A stretch of 62,000 nucleotides of DNA from Acanthaster planci (Eukaryota). Within the stretch, counting starts at the first letter, position 1. The number at the start of each line of letters is the position of its first letter. Below the pieces are notes generated by a model. That model was not told where the DNA came from. It did no database searches and was given only the letters and a program-made list of their open reading frames with translations. This document shows, piece after piece, positions 1 through 11,623 of this stretch. The stretch spans positions 930,001 through 992,000 of the forward strand of contig NW_019091400.1 in assembly GCF_001949145.1 (NCBI RefSeq). The letters are read 5' to 3'. The translations under genes and the position numbers were made by a program.

Positions 1-72
1 TTACACACATGTAGATAGGCCAGTTTCTGTGATCAAACCTTGTGTGTGTTAAAAATGCAGGCATCCCCTAAT

Positions 73-3000
73 ATGCTGCTCTGTTCGCTGGCCATTGTTC
101 TGTTGGGCATGGCTACTACGTTGGTCTCAAGGAGCGAGGGACAAGAAGAAGCCCCTGAATTGGATCCTGTTGGGGAAGAGTTTCCTAGTCAAGGCCACCT
201 TGACCACACAGATATGCTGAACTTTGACCCCGTCAGCAGGACGATGCGGGGTAGTGGTGGGATAAATGTAAGTGAAAGCAAAACACACTGGTTGTGTGTA
301 CGTGTACCATTGGTGAGTCAGGCATTAAACTTCATCAGCTTGTAAGCATGAGATTGAACGAGAAAGAATTTATTCTCATTGGCCATTTGGAGAGCATTAA
401 GGAGAAATGAAAGACACAATCTACCCCATGCATCGGTTGTGTAACTTTGTAAACAAGCTCAAATTAAAGCAGTCAAAAACTGTGGATTTTACTGTTAAGG
501 GAGCATCTCAAAAGTTGGAAAAGTTTGCGTTCAATTGCACTGCTCCGCTGGAACAAAAGCATTTCATTAGAAGATTCACATGTCGGCAGGAACAGTCTGC
601 GTTTTGCAGATGCATGTAGACCATTATGAGGCAGTTGGAATGCTGCGTTCCCAATGGAATGGCTGGATCATTCCAGAATGAAAACACGGTGTTCTAAATG
701 GACCATTCTCACTCGTGAGATGCTCCTGAACCACTTAATANNNNNNNNNNNNNNNNNNNNNNNNNNNNNNNNNNNNNNNNNNNNNNNNNNNNNNNNNNNN
801 NNNNNNNNNNNNNNNNNNNNNNNNNNNNNNNNNNNNNNNNNNNNNNNNNNNNNNNNNNNNNNNNNNNNNNNNNNNNNNNNNNNNNNNNNNNNNNNNNNNN
901 NNNNNNNNNNNNNNNNNNNNNNNNNNNNNNNNNNNNNNNNNNNNNNNNNNNNNNNNNNNNNNNNNNNNNNNNNNNNNNNNNNNNNNNNNNNNNNNNNNNN
1001 NNNNNNNNNNNNNNNNNNNNNNNNNNNNNNNNNNNNNNNNNNNNNNNNNNNNNNNNNNNNNNNNNNNNNNNNNNNNNNNNNNNNNNNNNNNNNNNNNNNN
1101 NNNNNNNNNNNNNNNNNNNNNNNNNNNNNNNNNNNNNNNNNNNNNNNNNNNNNNNNNNNNNNNNNNNNNNNNNNNNNNNNNNNNNNNNNNNNNNNNNNNN
1201 NNNNNNNNNNNNNNNNNNNNNNNNNNNNNNNNNNNNNNNNNNNNNNNNNNNNNNNNNNNNNNNNNNNNNNNNNNNNNNNNNNNNNNNNNNNNNNNNNNNN
1301 NNNNNNNNNNNNNNNNNNNNNNNNNNNNNNNNNNNNNNNNNNNNNNNNNNNNNNNNNNNNNNNNNNNNNNNNNNNNNNNNNNNNNNNNNNNNNNNNNNNN
1401 NNNNNNNNNNNNNNNNNNNNNNNNNNNNNNNNNNNNNNNNNNNNNNNNNNNNNNNNNNNNNNNNNNNNNNNNNNNNNNNNNNNNNNNNNNNNNNNNNNNN
1501 NNNNNNNNNNNNNNNNNNNNNNNNNNNNNNNNNNNNNNNNNNNNNNNNNNNNNNNNNNNNNNNNNNNNNNNNNNNNNNNNNNNNNNNNNNNNNNNNNNNN
1601 NNNNNNNNNNNNNNNNNNNNNNNNNNNNNNNNNNNNNNNNNNNNNNNNNNNNNNNNNNNNNNNNNNNNNNNNNNNNNNNNNNNNNNNNNNNNNNNNNNCG
1701 ATGTTCGACACAAACGAGGCCCACGATGTAAAGAGTCTTGTGTTTTCATTCACGCTCAGTTTGACATATTTATTTCCTGAGTTGCTGCCGTCCTTTAGCC
1801 CTAACCCTACATAATACTACAAATTACTACTTGTAATAAAATGAAGTACTGAGCGCTGTCGCTTGTAAAAGGACATGACCTTATTGTTCTCAGTAGCCGT
1901 ACAATACAATAGATAAGACAATGTACCATACAGTGCTGTGGCACCATGAATGCATGGCTTTATTGTTCTCTGTACAAGTAACAAGGGAAGTAACCTAGCC
2001 AGAAGTAGTAATCTGTAGCGCTAGGTCCTTCAGGCTCAGACTATTACTTAGTATTTTGTAGTATTGTGTAGTGTAAGCCAAACAGTATGCTTGGCGGTTA
2101 GGGTTAAGGACAGTTTGGTAAAAAGTTGGTCAAATGAACTTAATGAACCGAAGTCAGATTTACTCACATGCACTCCAGTCATTGGTGATTAGATATAGTT
2201 CAGTGAACTATTTAGGAATCGTTGTGTGAAGTTTGCTTCAATACGTTGCGCCACATTGGAGTGCAAAAATAAAAAACATCTATCCTTCAGAAGGGAATGC
2301 ACAGAAACCATGCTGAAGTCCTGTATGAGATAACAAAAGACAGCATTGTGAATTGACACATGTATACTTCACAGAAATTGCGCGGTCATACCCATTTTCC
2401 TTAATATGAAAACTCTCGTCAGTCAGATACCTCTGTCAGTGCGTTTCTCTCATCTCGTCCCATTCGCAGAAGGTCAAAAGCTGTAAGAAGGAACTACAAA
2501 CCTGTCATGACAATTTAGCAGACTGTAAAGTGGTGAAAGTAAGTGAAAGCAAAACACACTGGTTATTTGTACGTGTACCATTGCTGTGTCAGGCATTAAA
2601 CTTCATCAGCTTTTAAGCATGAGATTGAACGAGAAAGAATTTATTCTCGTTGGCCATTTGGAGAGCATTAAGCAGAAAGGACACAATCTACCCCATGCAT
2701 CGATTGTGTAACTTTATAAACAAGCTCAAATTAAAGCAGTCAAAAACTGTGGATTTTACTGTTAAGGGAGCATCTCCAGAGTTGGAAAAGTTTGCGCTCA
2801 ATTGCACTGCTCCGCTGGAACAAAAGCATTTCATTAGAAGATTCACATGTTGGCAGGAACAGTCTGCGTTTTGCAGATGCATGTAGACCATTATGAGGCA
2901 GTGGGAATGCTGCGTTCCCAATGGAATGGCTGTATCATTCCAGAATGAAAACACGGTGTTCTAAATGGACCATTCTCACTCGTGAGATGCTCCTTAACCA

Positions 3001-6000
3001 CTTAATGNNNNNNNNNNNNNNNNNNNNNNNNNNNNNNNNNNNNNNNNNNNNNNNNNNNNNNNNNNNNNNNNNNNNNNNNNNNNNNNNNNNNNNNNNNNNN
3101 NNNNNNNNNNNNNNAAGGGAAGTAACCTAGCCAGAAGTAGTAATCTGTAGCGCTAGGTCCTTCAGGCTCAGACTATTACTTAGTATTTTGTAGTATTGTG
3201 TAGTGTAAGCCAAACAGTATGCTTGGCGGTTAGGGTTAAGGACAGTTTGGTAAAAAGTTGGTCAAATGAACTTAATGAACCGAAGTCAGATTTACTCACA
3301 TGCACTCCAGTCATTGGTGATTAGATATAGTTCAATGAACTACATTGTATTTAGGAATCGTTGTGTGAAGTTTGCTTCAATACGTTGCGCCACATTGGAG
3401 TGCAAAAATAAAAAACTTATGTCCTTCAGAAGGGAATGCACAGAAACCATGCTGAAGTCCTGTATGAGATAACAAAAGACAGCATTGTGAATTGACACAT
3501 GTATACTTCACAGAAATTGCGCGGTCATACCCATTTTCCTTAATATGAAAACTCTCGTCAGTCAGATACCTCTGTCAGTGCGTTTCTCTCATCTCGTCCC
3601 GTTCGCAGAAGGTCAAAAGCTGTAAGAAGGAACTACAAACCTGTCATGACAATTTAGCAGACTGTAAAGTGGTCTACGACAAACCCGTCAATTCAGAGGA
3701 CTCCATGGAATCCCCCTGTAAGCTGGAGCAGATGTTCTTCCGCCGGTTTGCCAAACATTTCATCAACCTGCTGATTTCCGAGGTCAGTTTCTCATATTTC
3801 CCCGGGTTGCCATCCTTGGACTGACACCCCCCCCCCCAAATCAGCACATCTTTGTGTGCACGTGGCATGCATATTGATCGTAATTGGAAGTCAAAGTGAA
3901 TTCAAAGCTGTGACACTGCATTTTGTCACAAATTGCCACAAACAGTGCTTTGACTAACCGATAGAATGGCAAATAATTGGTAACTAATGGTGGGAACAGT
4001 GGCCCACATGTAGGTGTGTGCGTGCCAACAGCAAAGACTATTTCTAATGGTCGTGGTAGCAAGGATTGCTTGTGTGTAAAGCAGTCACCTCTCTTCACGG
4101 CGGTCCTGGGTTTGATTCCCAGCCTGGGCCATATGTGAATAGAGTTGTTCAATAGTTCTCCGCTGCGCCACAAGAATTTTTCTGAGGGTTCCCTGTTTTG
4201 CCTCCCTCCACAAAAATCAACACTAAAGATGCCTAGCTGTGGTCCGTGGGTAGGTATGCGTCATTCGGCAGCTGCCTAAGGTGGCCTTAGGGGCCTAGAG
4301 CTGGACCAAGAGAGGGCGCTGTTTTCTTAGCAACGCAGGCTCCTGTGGTCTAAACTGAACTTTGCTGGTTTTCGACTAGGAAATGCACGCATTGAAGTCG
4401 CATCGCTATCAACAAATTGAACACTCCCAACCAATGCGGCTCTTTTAAACCGTATAGGGAGTGCTTCTGCTTCAGGCGGATAGGCCTTCAATTCAACCAT
4501 ACATGTTGTAGTTGAATTTTTCTATTGCACAGCTCATTCAAGCAAAATTGCATGAAATTTGCACTATATAAATAAATAAATTACATGTAATTATTAATGG
4601 GATGAGAATGAGTTCCAACTGGGGACACACAGGGTTCCATAAAGGAGCATTCCAATTGGAACAGGAGCTTTCTGACTTTCCAGACATTCCCCATTGGACT
4701 TTCTTCCCATTTTTATCTTTTCAGGCTGATGTTGGTGAGGATTCCCCGCTGGTGGCTGAGGTCCGAGTAGAGCTGAGCAGCTACCGCTGGAACAAGCTGC
4801 GTCAGTTTGTCCAGCAGAAAGGGAAGGTCAAACTGGTGGACGCCCACGACTTCATGGTGGATATGCTTATGAGCGTCCGCCATGACAACGTCACGGAAAA
4901 ACCCGGCCTGCTGGAAAGAATGACAGAAATGGACCCAAGGGACATCACATTTGTAAGATTATTATAACAGAAAACGCAGATATCCCCCTCCACCCCCAGG
5001 CAAAAAAGGGTCTCGTATCTCATGGGGACCTACTTTGGAATGACAGTTTGCATGTTGATCTCAGGGATGGCATTCCCTCAAATTGTCCTCATGCTCATGT
5101 TTCAAGGATTGTAATTTAGAGAGCTAGTCAGAGTAACCAGATAGTCCATCCTGTGTTTCTCAAATATTCGACTGCCATAGCTCGATATTGTGGGAAAACT
5201 TGCATATGGAAAATACAGTCAATAGCACCGGTGTTGCTTAAAGTCTGGTGCCCTAAATCACAGTATGAAGTGACTGCATAGAAGTACCACCCTCACTGGC
5301 AAAGACAAAGAGAGGCTGGTGGCGACTATTTTCAACAGGAACCTAGAGTGCATGTAAAGACTAAGTACATGTGCGCACCTGCCAACCGAAATTGGCCACA
5401 TGTATTTGGTGCGGCCGGCACCAGTCAGCGCACATATGCACACTCGCCCACCCTTACATATGTATACTTGTGGGGTGTTTCCTTTGTACTCGTGTTCAAA
5501 ACTTTCACACAACACGGAAAAAATTCCAAATCACTGCCATTTCAACCAAATTCAGTTTCCTGGGTTGAAATTTTGACCGTATGTCCCTTATATAAAACAC
5601 TTCAATTTGCGACGGATGAATGGCACATGAAAATTCCTCCCTTTTGAGTAAATTTGAAATGTCTATTTCGTGAAATTCTTGTGGGGTACCACTTAAGTAC
5701 CCCACAAGGATCCAAACTGGCCTTGTGGGGTACTTTCCATTGTTCCGGTACCCCACAAGGCGCTATGTACAAGCGCATGTACTTGTACTTGTTCAGTGGT
5801 TGTGGGGCACTCTTCATCACATATACACTGATTTTGTTTGCACTGAAAATGTTGTGGGGACAGACAGTACTCCCCACAATTTGGTCCCAACTTCCCTACT
5901 GATGGAAAACCTCCCCATAACACAGTAAGGGCCTACCCAGTGTGTCCCCTCCATAGGGATGTCATTTCAATGTGAAAACATGCCGTGATGATATTATCTT

Positions 6001-9000
6001 GTTCTTGCAAGCAATGGACAGTGTCCATAGCAAGGGATATACTTTATTCAACGATCATATTGGCTCATCAAATGTTGATATTGTTTTTCTTTTCAAAGTA
6101 TGCACTACTGTTAATCCTCGGTGTGGTGGTAATCATATATGAGTCCAATACGCAGGCTTCCTGGTGGAAGCAGCTCTGTGCAGTCATGATGGTCATGTTC
6201 TTCATCAGCGTGTGCTGGAACTGGGTCTACCTCTACAAGGTAAGGCCCTAGCCGACCTTGAGATTTTGGTGAGGGAGTAGCCTTTGCACCTTTGTCTTCT
6301 ATCAAGCTTGCGCTTCTAGTCACAGCAAAGAGCTGGGGCCATGACACTTAACTGTAGTTCAAGGTGAGATGTTTGTACTGAGGCACCTGCGGCAAGTTCA
6401 AGCAACAAGTTATCCATAGTTTGGTAAATGCCCCTCAATTGACTCACACTGAGTGACGATGGGATTTTGCAAAAAATGGTTGAGATAAGATCCATTGAGT
6501 GGGACTGTATCATACTCGCGCTTTGGAAAGGAGCAGTTGACCGAGGGTCGAACTACGAGTACAAGTTACACTTGATCTTGCTCTAGCGTGCATACACAAG
6601 TAATGCCAGGTTAAACCTCCCTCTAGTTGACTATTGATCCTTGATTGATTTTTAGCTGTAGGTTTAAATCTTGAATGCAGTCCAAATATGTTTGGGACAC
6701 TATCCAGCAAGCCAGTGTTTAAGTTCGTTATTCCAAGTGACATCCTTTTCCCCCTTTAATACAGAAAGAGTTGGCAGTTAGGATATCCACAATGCACAAG
6801 GGACAAGACATGCCACCTGAGTGTATGCCAGACAAGATGACCTGGTTGGACTCCATTAAGGAGGCCTTGCGGAAGCAGCTGACCTTTAAGAAAGACCCTT
6901 GCGATGTTTACCACGAGAATGTGCTGGTGGATCCCATTTACGAGGTGCCACCAACACGGGTAGGTATAACGTGCCACACAGGGAAATTGGATACGGGAAG
7001 GGGATATGTCGGTAAAGTGCATGGGGCTACAAATGCAAGAGATGAGTAGGGTCTACGGACAAAATTTAACTGGCCGTATTTGAGAATCAACTGCACATAG
7101 GCCAGTTTATAGTCGGTCTTGCCACTGAAACTTAACCTTTGATCATCTCTCGTGTGGTCCAGAATTGCATCTAAAGCACTAGCTTCTGGCACTATCCGGT
7201 TTGTAAGTGACTTCATCACAAAGGTGGATGCGCCACGATTTGCAGGCTCTCATTGGACAATCGCTGAAGTTGCGCGTTAACTTCCGGTTCCCTGTAAACA
7301 GCGATCAATGCATGTAACTCTATGTGCCGTGCACATGTGCAGTGGGCGTGGTTTAAACTGAAGTGACGTCATACAAACCGGATTGATTGAAATTTGACAT
7401 GGTTACTGACCTAACATTTCATGATTTGGGCAGTGGCCTGCCTATGCACTACCCTAATAGTCTCCAGCATCCAGTGACCATCAGCATCTGGTGTTCTCCA
7501 TAGGGCGATCAACCGTAAACCAGCAAGAAATGCAGTTTTGAACTTCTTATCAACAGGCAATTGTACACACCCTTTCAACTATGTTCATGGAGCCGCTGAA
7601 GACCTTAGGCAAGCAGGTGTCCAGCTTCCACCGCGAGCTCCTTCAGGATCTGCCCTACGCCGCCTGGCTGCCCGCCTTGCTGACTGTCTACTTATCCCTG
7701 GCTGTTGTGTGCGTACTGATGTGCTACTGCCCTCAGCTGGCCCACAGGAGAGACAGAGGGGCTTGGGAGAGAGTTCGCGAGTTGGAAGCTCAGCTGAGAG
7801 AGAGAGATGCTGTCAATCACAGACAGGGTAGGCTCGAAGAATTTGAGGTAGGTGTGTCAACAGTTGGGGTCTCCTCAGAATACGTTCTAGTAGTGGTGGG
7901 ATTTTCGATTATCTAGTTTTAATTCTGCTATCCGATTCCGAATTTCAAAACCGGTTATCCAAAACCAAACAAAAAACGAACAACTAACCTTTATCGCAAC
8001 AATTGTTGCCTTTGATTGATACTGGAAAAAGAGGTATCCACTCAATAGTGAGAACAAAACCTTAACAGATAAGCTGCTTGTAAGCGCAAACATGCTGCTA
8101 TATCATCACACAACAATCCAATTCAGCCAGTGGGCGCCTTTGATCTGTTGTGCGTATTTATTGACTTGTCACTACGATTGGGATACCTCACGAGGGCCGA
8201 ATCCTCCGTCCCATGTGTTCCAAGTTCTGAATTATCGAATGTCGCAACTACAATTATGGGACTTTTAGAAAACGCTGTAAACAGACCAGCCCAAACGATA
8301 ACAACGGACGAACCACAGTGTGACGCCCATCATGTGCAAAATCGATGCATGTGGAGAGCTCTTGCGCAGTTGGATGTTATCGAGAAATTAGGGGGTACAA
8401 GCACAAAGCATAGAGAATATGAAAAACGACTGGAAGAAAGACTAGGGGTGTTGCAATTGAGTAATTAGAACTACCCCTCTAGGCAATTGCTACACGCTGT
8501 GTATGGCTAGCACCTTGCAATATTGTGGTTTGGTGAAAGTTACATATGTGAAGTCTGCTTAAAATTGTGCCACAGCCAGGAAATAAACATTTGTGAAAAA
8601 TTCGTAGGAATATGCATATTTTGAGACAAGACATATTACTCGTTGGGCCGGGCTATGAGCATGATGAGTATGATGTGTGAGCCCACTTTTCGTGCAGGTA
8701 CAAAATTTGTTTTGTGTATGAAAGTGTTCAGTCTTACGTTATAAGAACTTTTTGCATGTGAATTTTTTTTTTTTAAATCGTGCCAATCCTTGTCATAATA
8801 AGCACAAATCCAGTGGAATTAAGTGAATTAAGAAATTCACTAGGTCATCTGTGTGTCCTTAATAAATTGTCAGTCGTCATTAAGGACGACTTATTAACCA
8901 CTTCCTGTTAGGGAGCCCGGTTTTGGGCATGGTGTGTTTACACCCAGAGCCGGGGTGCCCGGTTTCGGACAAAAGAGCTGGTCTGTGTAACAAAAGACTG

Positions 9001-11623
9001 TTCTCAGAACAAAGGACCTGCTGCTGGGAAATGCCGTCTTTTTTGACTTCAATTTTTCAAAGGTAATTCAGCACTGTTTTGAAACAGTATACCACTGTTT
9101 TGGGCATAGCGCACCCGCGAATTAGCACCCCGGACAAAAGTGCTCCAAGGCCCCATTGATGAGCAGCACAGCACCGCTACTGGCATTCACCCGTAACAAA
9201 GGAAATTATGCAACACCTCACAATTCTGGGCTCTCTTTTACAGGGCTGCTGCTAGGCCTGGGCTGAATACTCGGGTGTCAGTGAAGGTTGTAGAGTAGCC
9301 ACCAGACAGTCGTTCATGTGGGTGTAAACAACCTGTAAATGAACACATGAATTTTTGATGAATTTTGGAAACGGAAAATCTTGAAAAGGTCCCGCCATCA
9401 CATCCCGCTCAAGAGAAATCCACCCAGCAGGTAGTGGTTAAAATTCATGAGATTGGAATTGCAAAAATGGCTGGGCCTAAGGCATTCATTTCATGGATGG
9501 TGCTATATAGTACAAAAGAACCAATTATTTTTCCACATGTACTGGGCCCCATTATTTCACATGAATCTGGTCATGAATGTTTGTCCAAAAAGTCACATTT
9601 ACCTGAGATTTCTGTCAATGTTACATTGAGTTAAGTGTACGAGGATTGTTGTAAATTTTATAAAATATAATGTTCGCCAAACTATGAATGATGATTTCAA
9701 TGATAAGAAAAACGTTATTTTAGTGACAATTACATGTACATTTTGACACATCTGATCTATGTAAACTAAAAAGACACTGATTTAGTTTTTGTAGAGTGCA
9801 AATAATATTTACCTACCAAGTCTACAATTGTAGAACCCGCTCTGGCTGCCGCTAAATGGAAAAACTTCATAATCGTCATGCCATGTGAGTTGTTAATGCT
9901 TTGAAAAGGTCAACTAAAACCGGATAACTGGATAATCACTTTTTCAAAATTTGGTTAACCCAATTTTGAAAATATCTGATACCTCCCACTGGTAACAACT
10001 TGCTCCTAAGTATTCTGAGGAGACCCCAATACCTTAATGGCAGTGCACTTACAGTATGCTGTACACATTCTTAAACATGAGGCGTGCATAGATTTTGTTG
10101 CAAGTCACCCTAGAAGCCAAAGGGGCATTGAATGTACATGTATGTGCATGTTATGCTTGTACCTTTACAAGAAGTGGGTAAATGTAACTAGTTGAATTAA
10201 TCACACAGTTTATACAGAGCTTCAAAGAGATGCCTGGTACTGTGGTCTGGAAACAAGTCAAAGATCAACAGAAAGAATACCAGGAAAACTGAAAGGAACA
10301 ATTTTTAAGGCCTTTTTCATCAACTTGTAACAGTTTAAATAATGACATTGTTATACACTACTCAAAAGAATGAAAGGGACAAGAGAACAGTATGTTTTGT
10401 CATGGTTTATATGGGCTACCGTTAGAACAAAAGGCAGTAAAGTTATGTGACAACACCTGAATGATTTTCACACAACTTTAATGCCTCTTGTTCTAACGGT
10501 AGCCCATATAGACCACAACAAAAACATACTGTTCTCTTGTTCCTTTAATTCTTTTGAGTAGTGTATGTTTTATACTGGCACTAAAGCAGTAATTCATGAG
10601 ATAACTACTTCAGGTTAAAATATTTGCCGATGTGATGCTGTGCAAGAATGAACATTATGCATGTCACCCGTTAATTATCTGGATTTGCTGCAGCCTCGGA
10701 GGGAAGACCAAGTCGCACCGCCACCCCCAATGCCAGCTTTGAACCTCATCATCAACAACAGACCAGCGGAAGACATCCTGGCCGGTCAGCCACAGCACCA
10801 AATGCATCCGGAGGAGCCTCTGGCTGTAGAAAGACCGCCTGCCAGGCCGAGGCGGAGGCCACATGTCAGCAGTGAATCGGATGCTGTCCAGGACCATCCA
10901 CAGCGACAGCCTCTTAACTTGGGCTCGCGCAGCGCAGACAGTGCACCCTATCAAGGTGATGTGTCTGGGGATGATGACTCCTCAGATGAGGCAGATGGTC
11001 GCCAGGGGCAGCGTCCCAGAGCCCCTGATGAGAAATACGGGACCAGGAGGACAGAAATTCAGGGACAGCCTGTAGAATGCCCCAACTCGGAGCTGGATTC
11101 TATGGAAGAGCGCTCAACTGTTAAGCCGAAACCGAAAGTGCAAGGTCTGTCAGGAACAAAACCGAGGCAGAAAGTCAGGGTGGACAAGATGGCATCGAAG
11201 GGCGACAGCCACCCAGACGGTGGAAGATTGGGAAAGAAAGGCACTGCAGGAGGAGCAGGGCCGAAGGCAAAAAACAGGATGGAGAAGCCCAAGCCGGGAG
11301 AAGTGCCAGCTGAGAACATGTCGGCTTCAGTCACTCCTGCCTCGTCCACGGACTCAGAGCCATTCTCGGCCTCAGTCCCTGGTCTGGACAGCCCATCAAG
11401 TGTGTCGGTCATCGAGGGAGACTCCACCCCTGCCTCTGGGGGCAGTGTGGATGGCGATTCGCACCTCCGGAGTCTAGGGACATCCTTGAGCGGGAGTATT
11501 GACATCATCGAGCCCCTGGGTGCTACAGGTGGAGCAGAGGGGGAAAAGAACGAGGAGGGGAACGATTCGGACGAGTTCGAGGTCCTCTCCAGGGAGCAGT
11601 GCCAAGATGAACCCATGAAGTGA
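73..11623 (+). CDS. CLCC1: Chloride channel CLIC-like protein 1 (MCLC family), spliced. Coding exons 73-267, (2470-2538, duplicated mini-exon), 3609-3782, 4725-4952, 6099-6239, 6765-6959, 7557-7847, 10694-11623
   Basis: Signal peptide followed by LDHTDMLNFD (cf. CLCC1 IDPTDMLNYD). TM segment ending ISVCWNWVYLYK, then DPCDVYHENVLVDPIYEVPPTR and FMEPLKTLGK, all MCLC-family motifs. All listed exons have AG/GT borders and join in phase 0. Long disordered C-terminal exon. Extra small exons between 7847 and 10694 are not excluded. Confidence 0.88.
268..3673 (+). repeat. Tandem duplication of CLCC1 intron 1 plus the 5' part of exon 2 (copy A 268-2534, copy B 2539-3673)
   Basis: 268-740 matches 2539-3007 and ~1983-2534 matches ~3115-3673 with scattered substitutions. 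Each copy contains an N gap. Confidence 0.9.
4058..4225 (+). mobile_element. tRNA-derived SINE remnant (V-SINE-like central domain)
   Basis: B-box-like GGTTTGATTCCC followed by ATATGTGAATAGAGTTG...GTTCTCC...GGGTTCCCTGTTTTGCCTCCC, resembling the V-SINE body from memory. Confidence 0.45.
7864..10029. mobile_element. ~2.2 kb non-autonomous TIR DNA transposon in the last CLCC1 intron
   Basis: Perfect 20-bp inverted ends TTGGGGTCTCCTCAGAATAC (7864-7883) and GTATTCTGAGGAGACCCCAA (10010-10029). No transposase recognised and no clear TSD. Confidence 0.65.
10356..10563. mobile_element. Tc1/mariner-type MITE (near-complete palindrome)
   Basis: CACTACTCAAAAGAA...TTCTTTTGAGTAGTG, arms pair over ~95 bp, flanked by TA on both sides. 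Confidence 0.85.

Noticed and set aside
654..1814. Long ORFs spanning N runs (also 21089-22562, 37751-38617, 39871-41319, 47186-48146, 49556-50592)
   Set aside because: Artefacts of translating assembly gaps.
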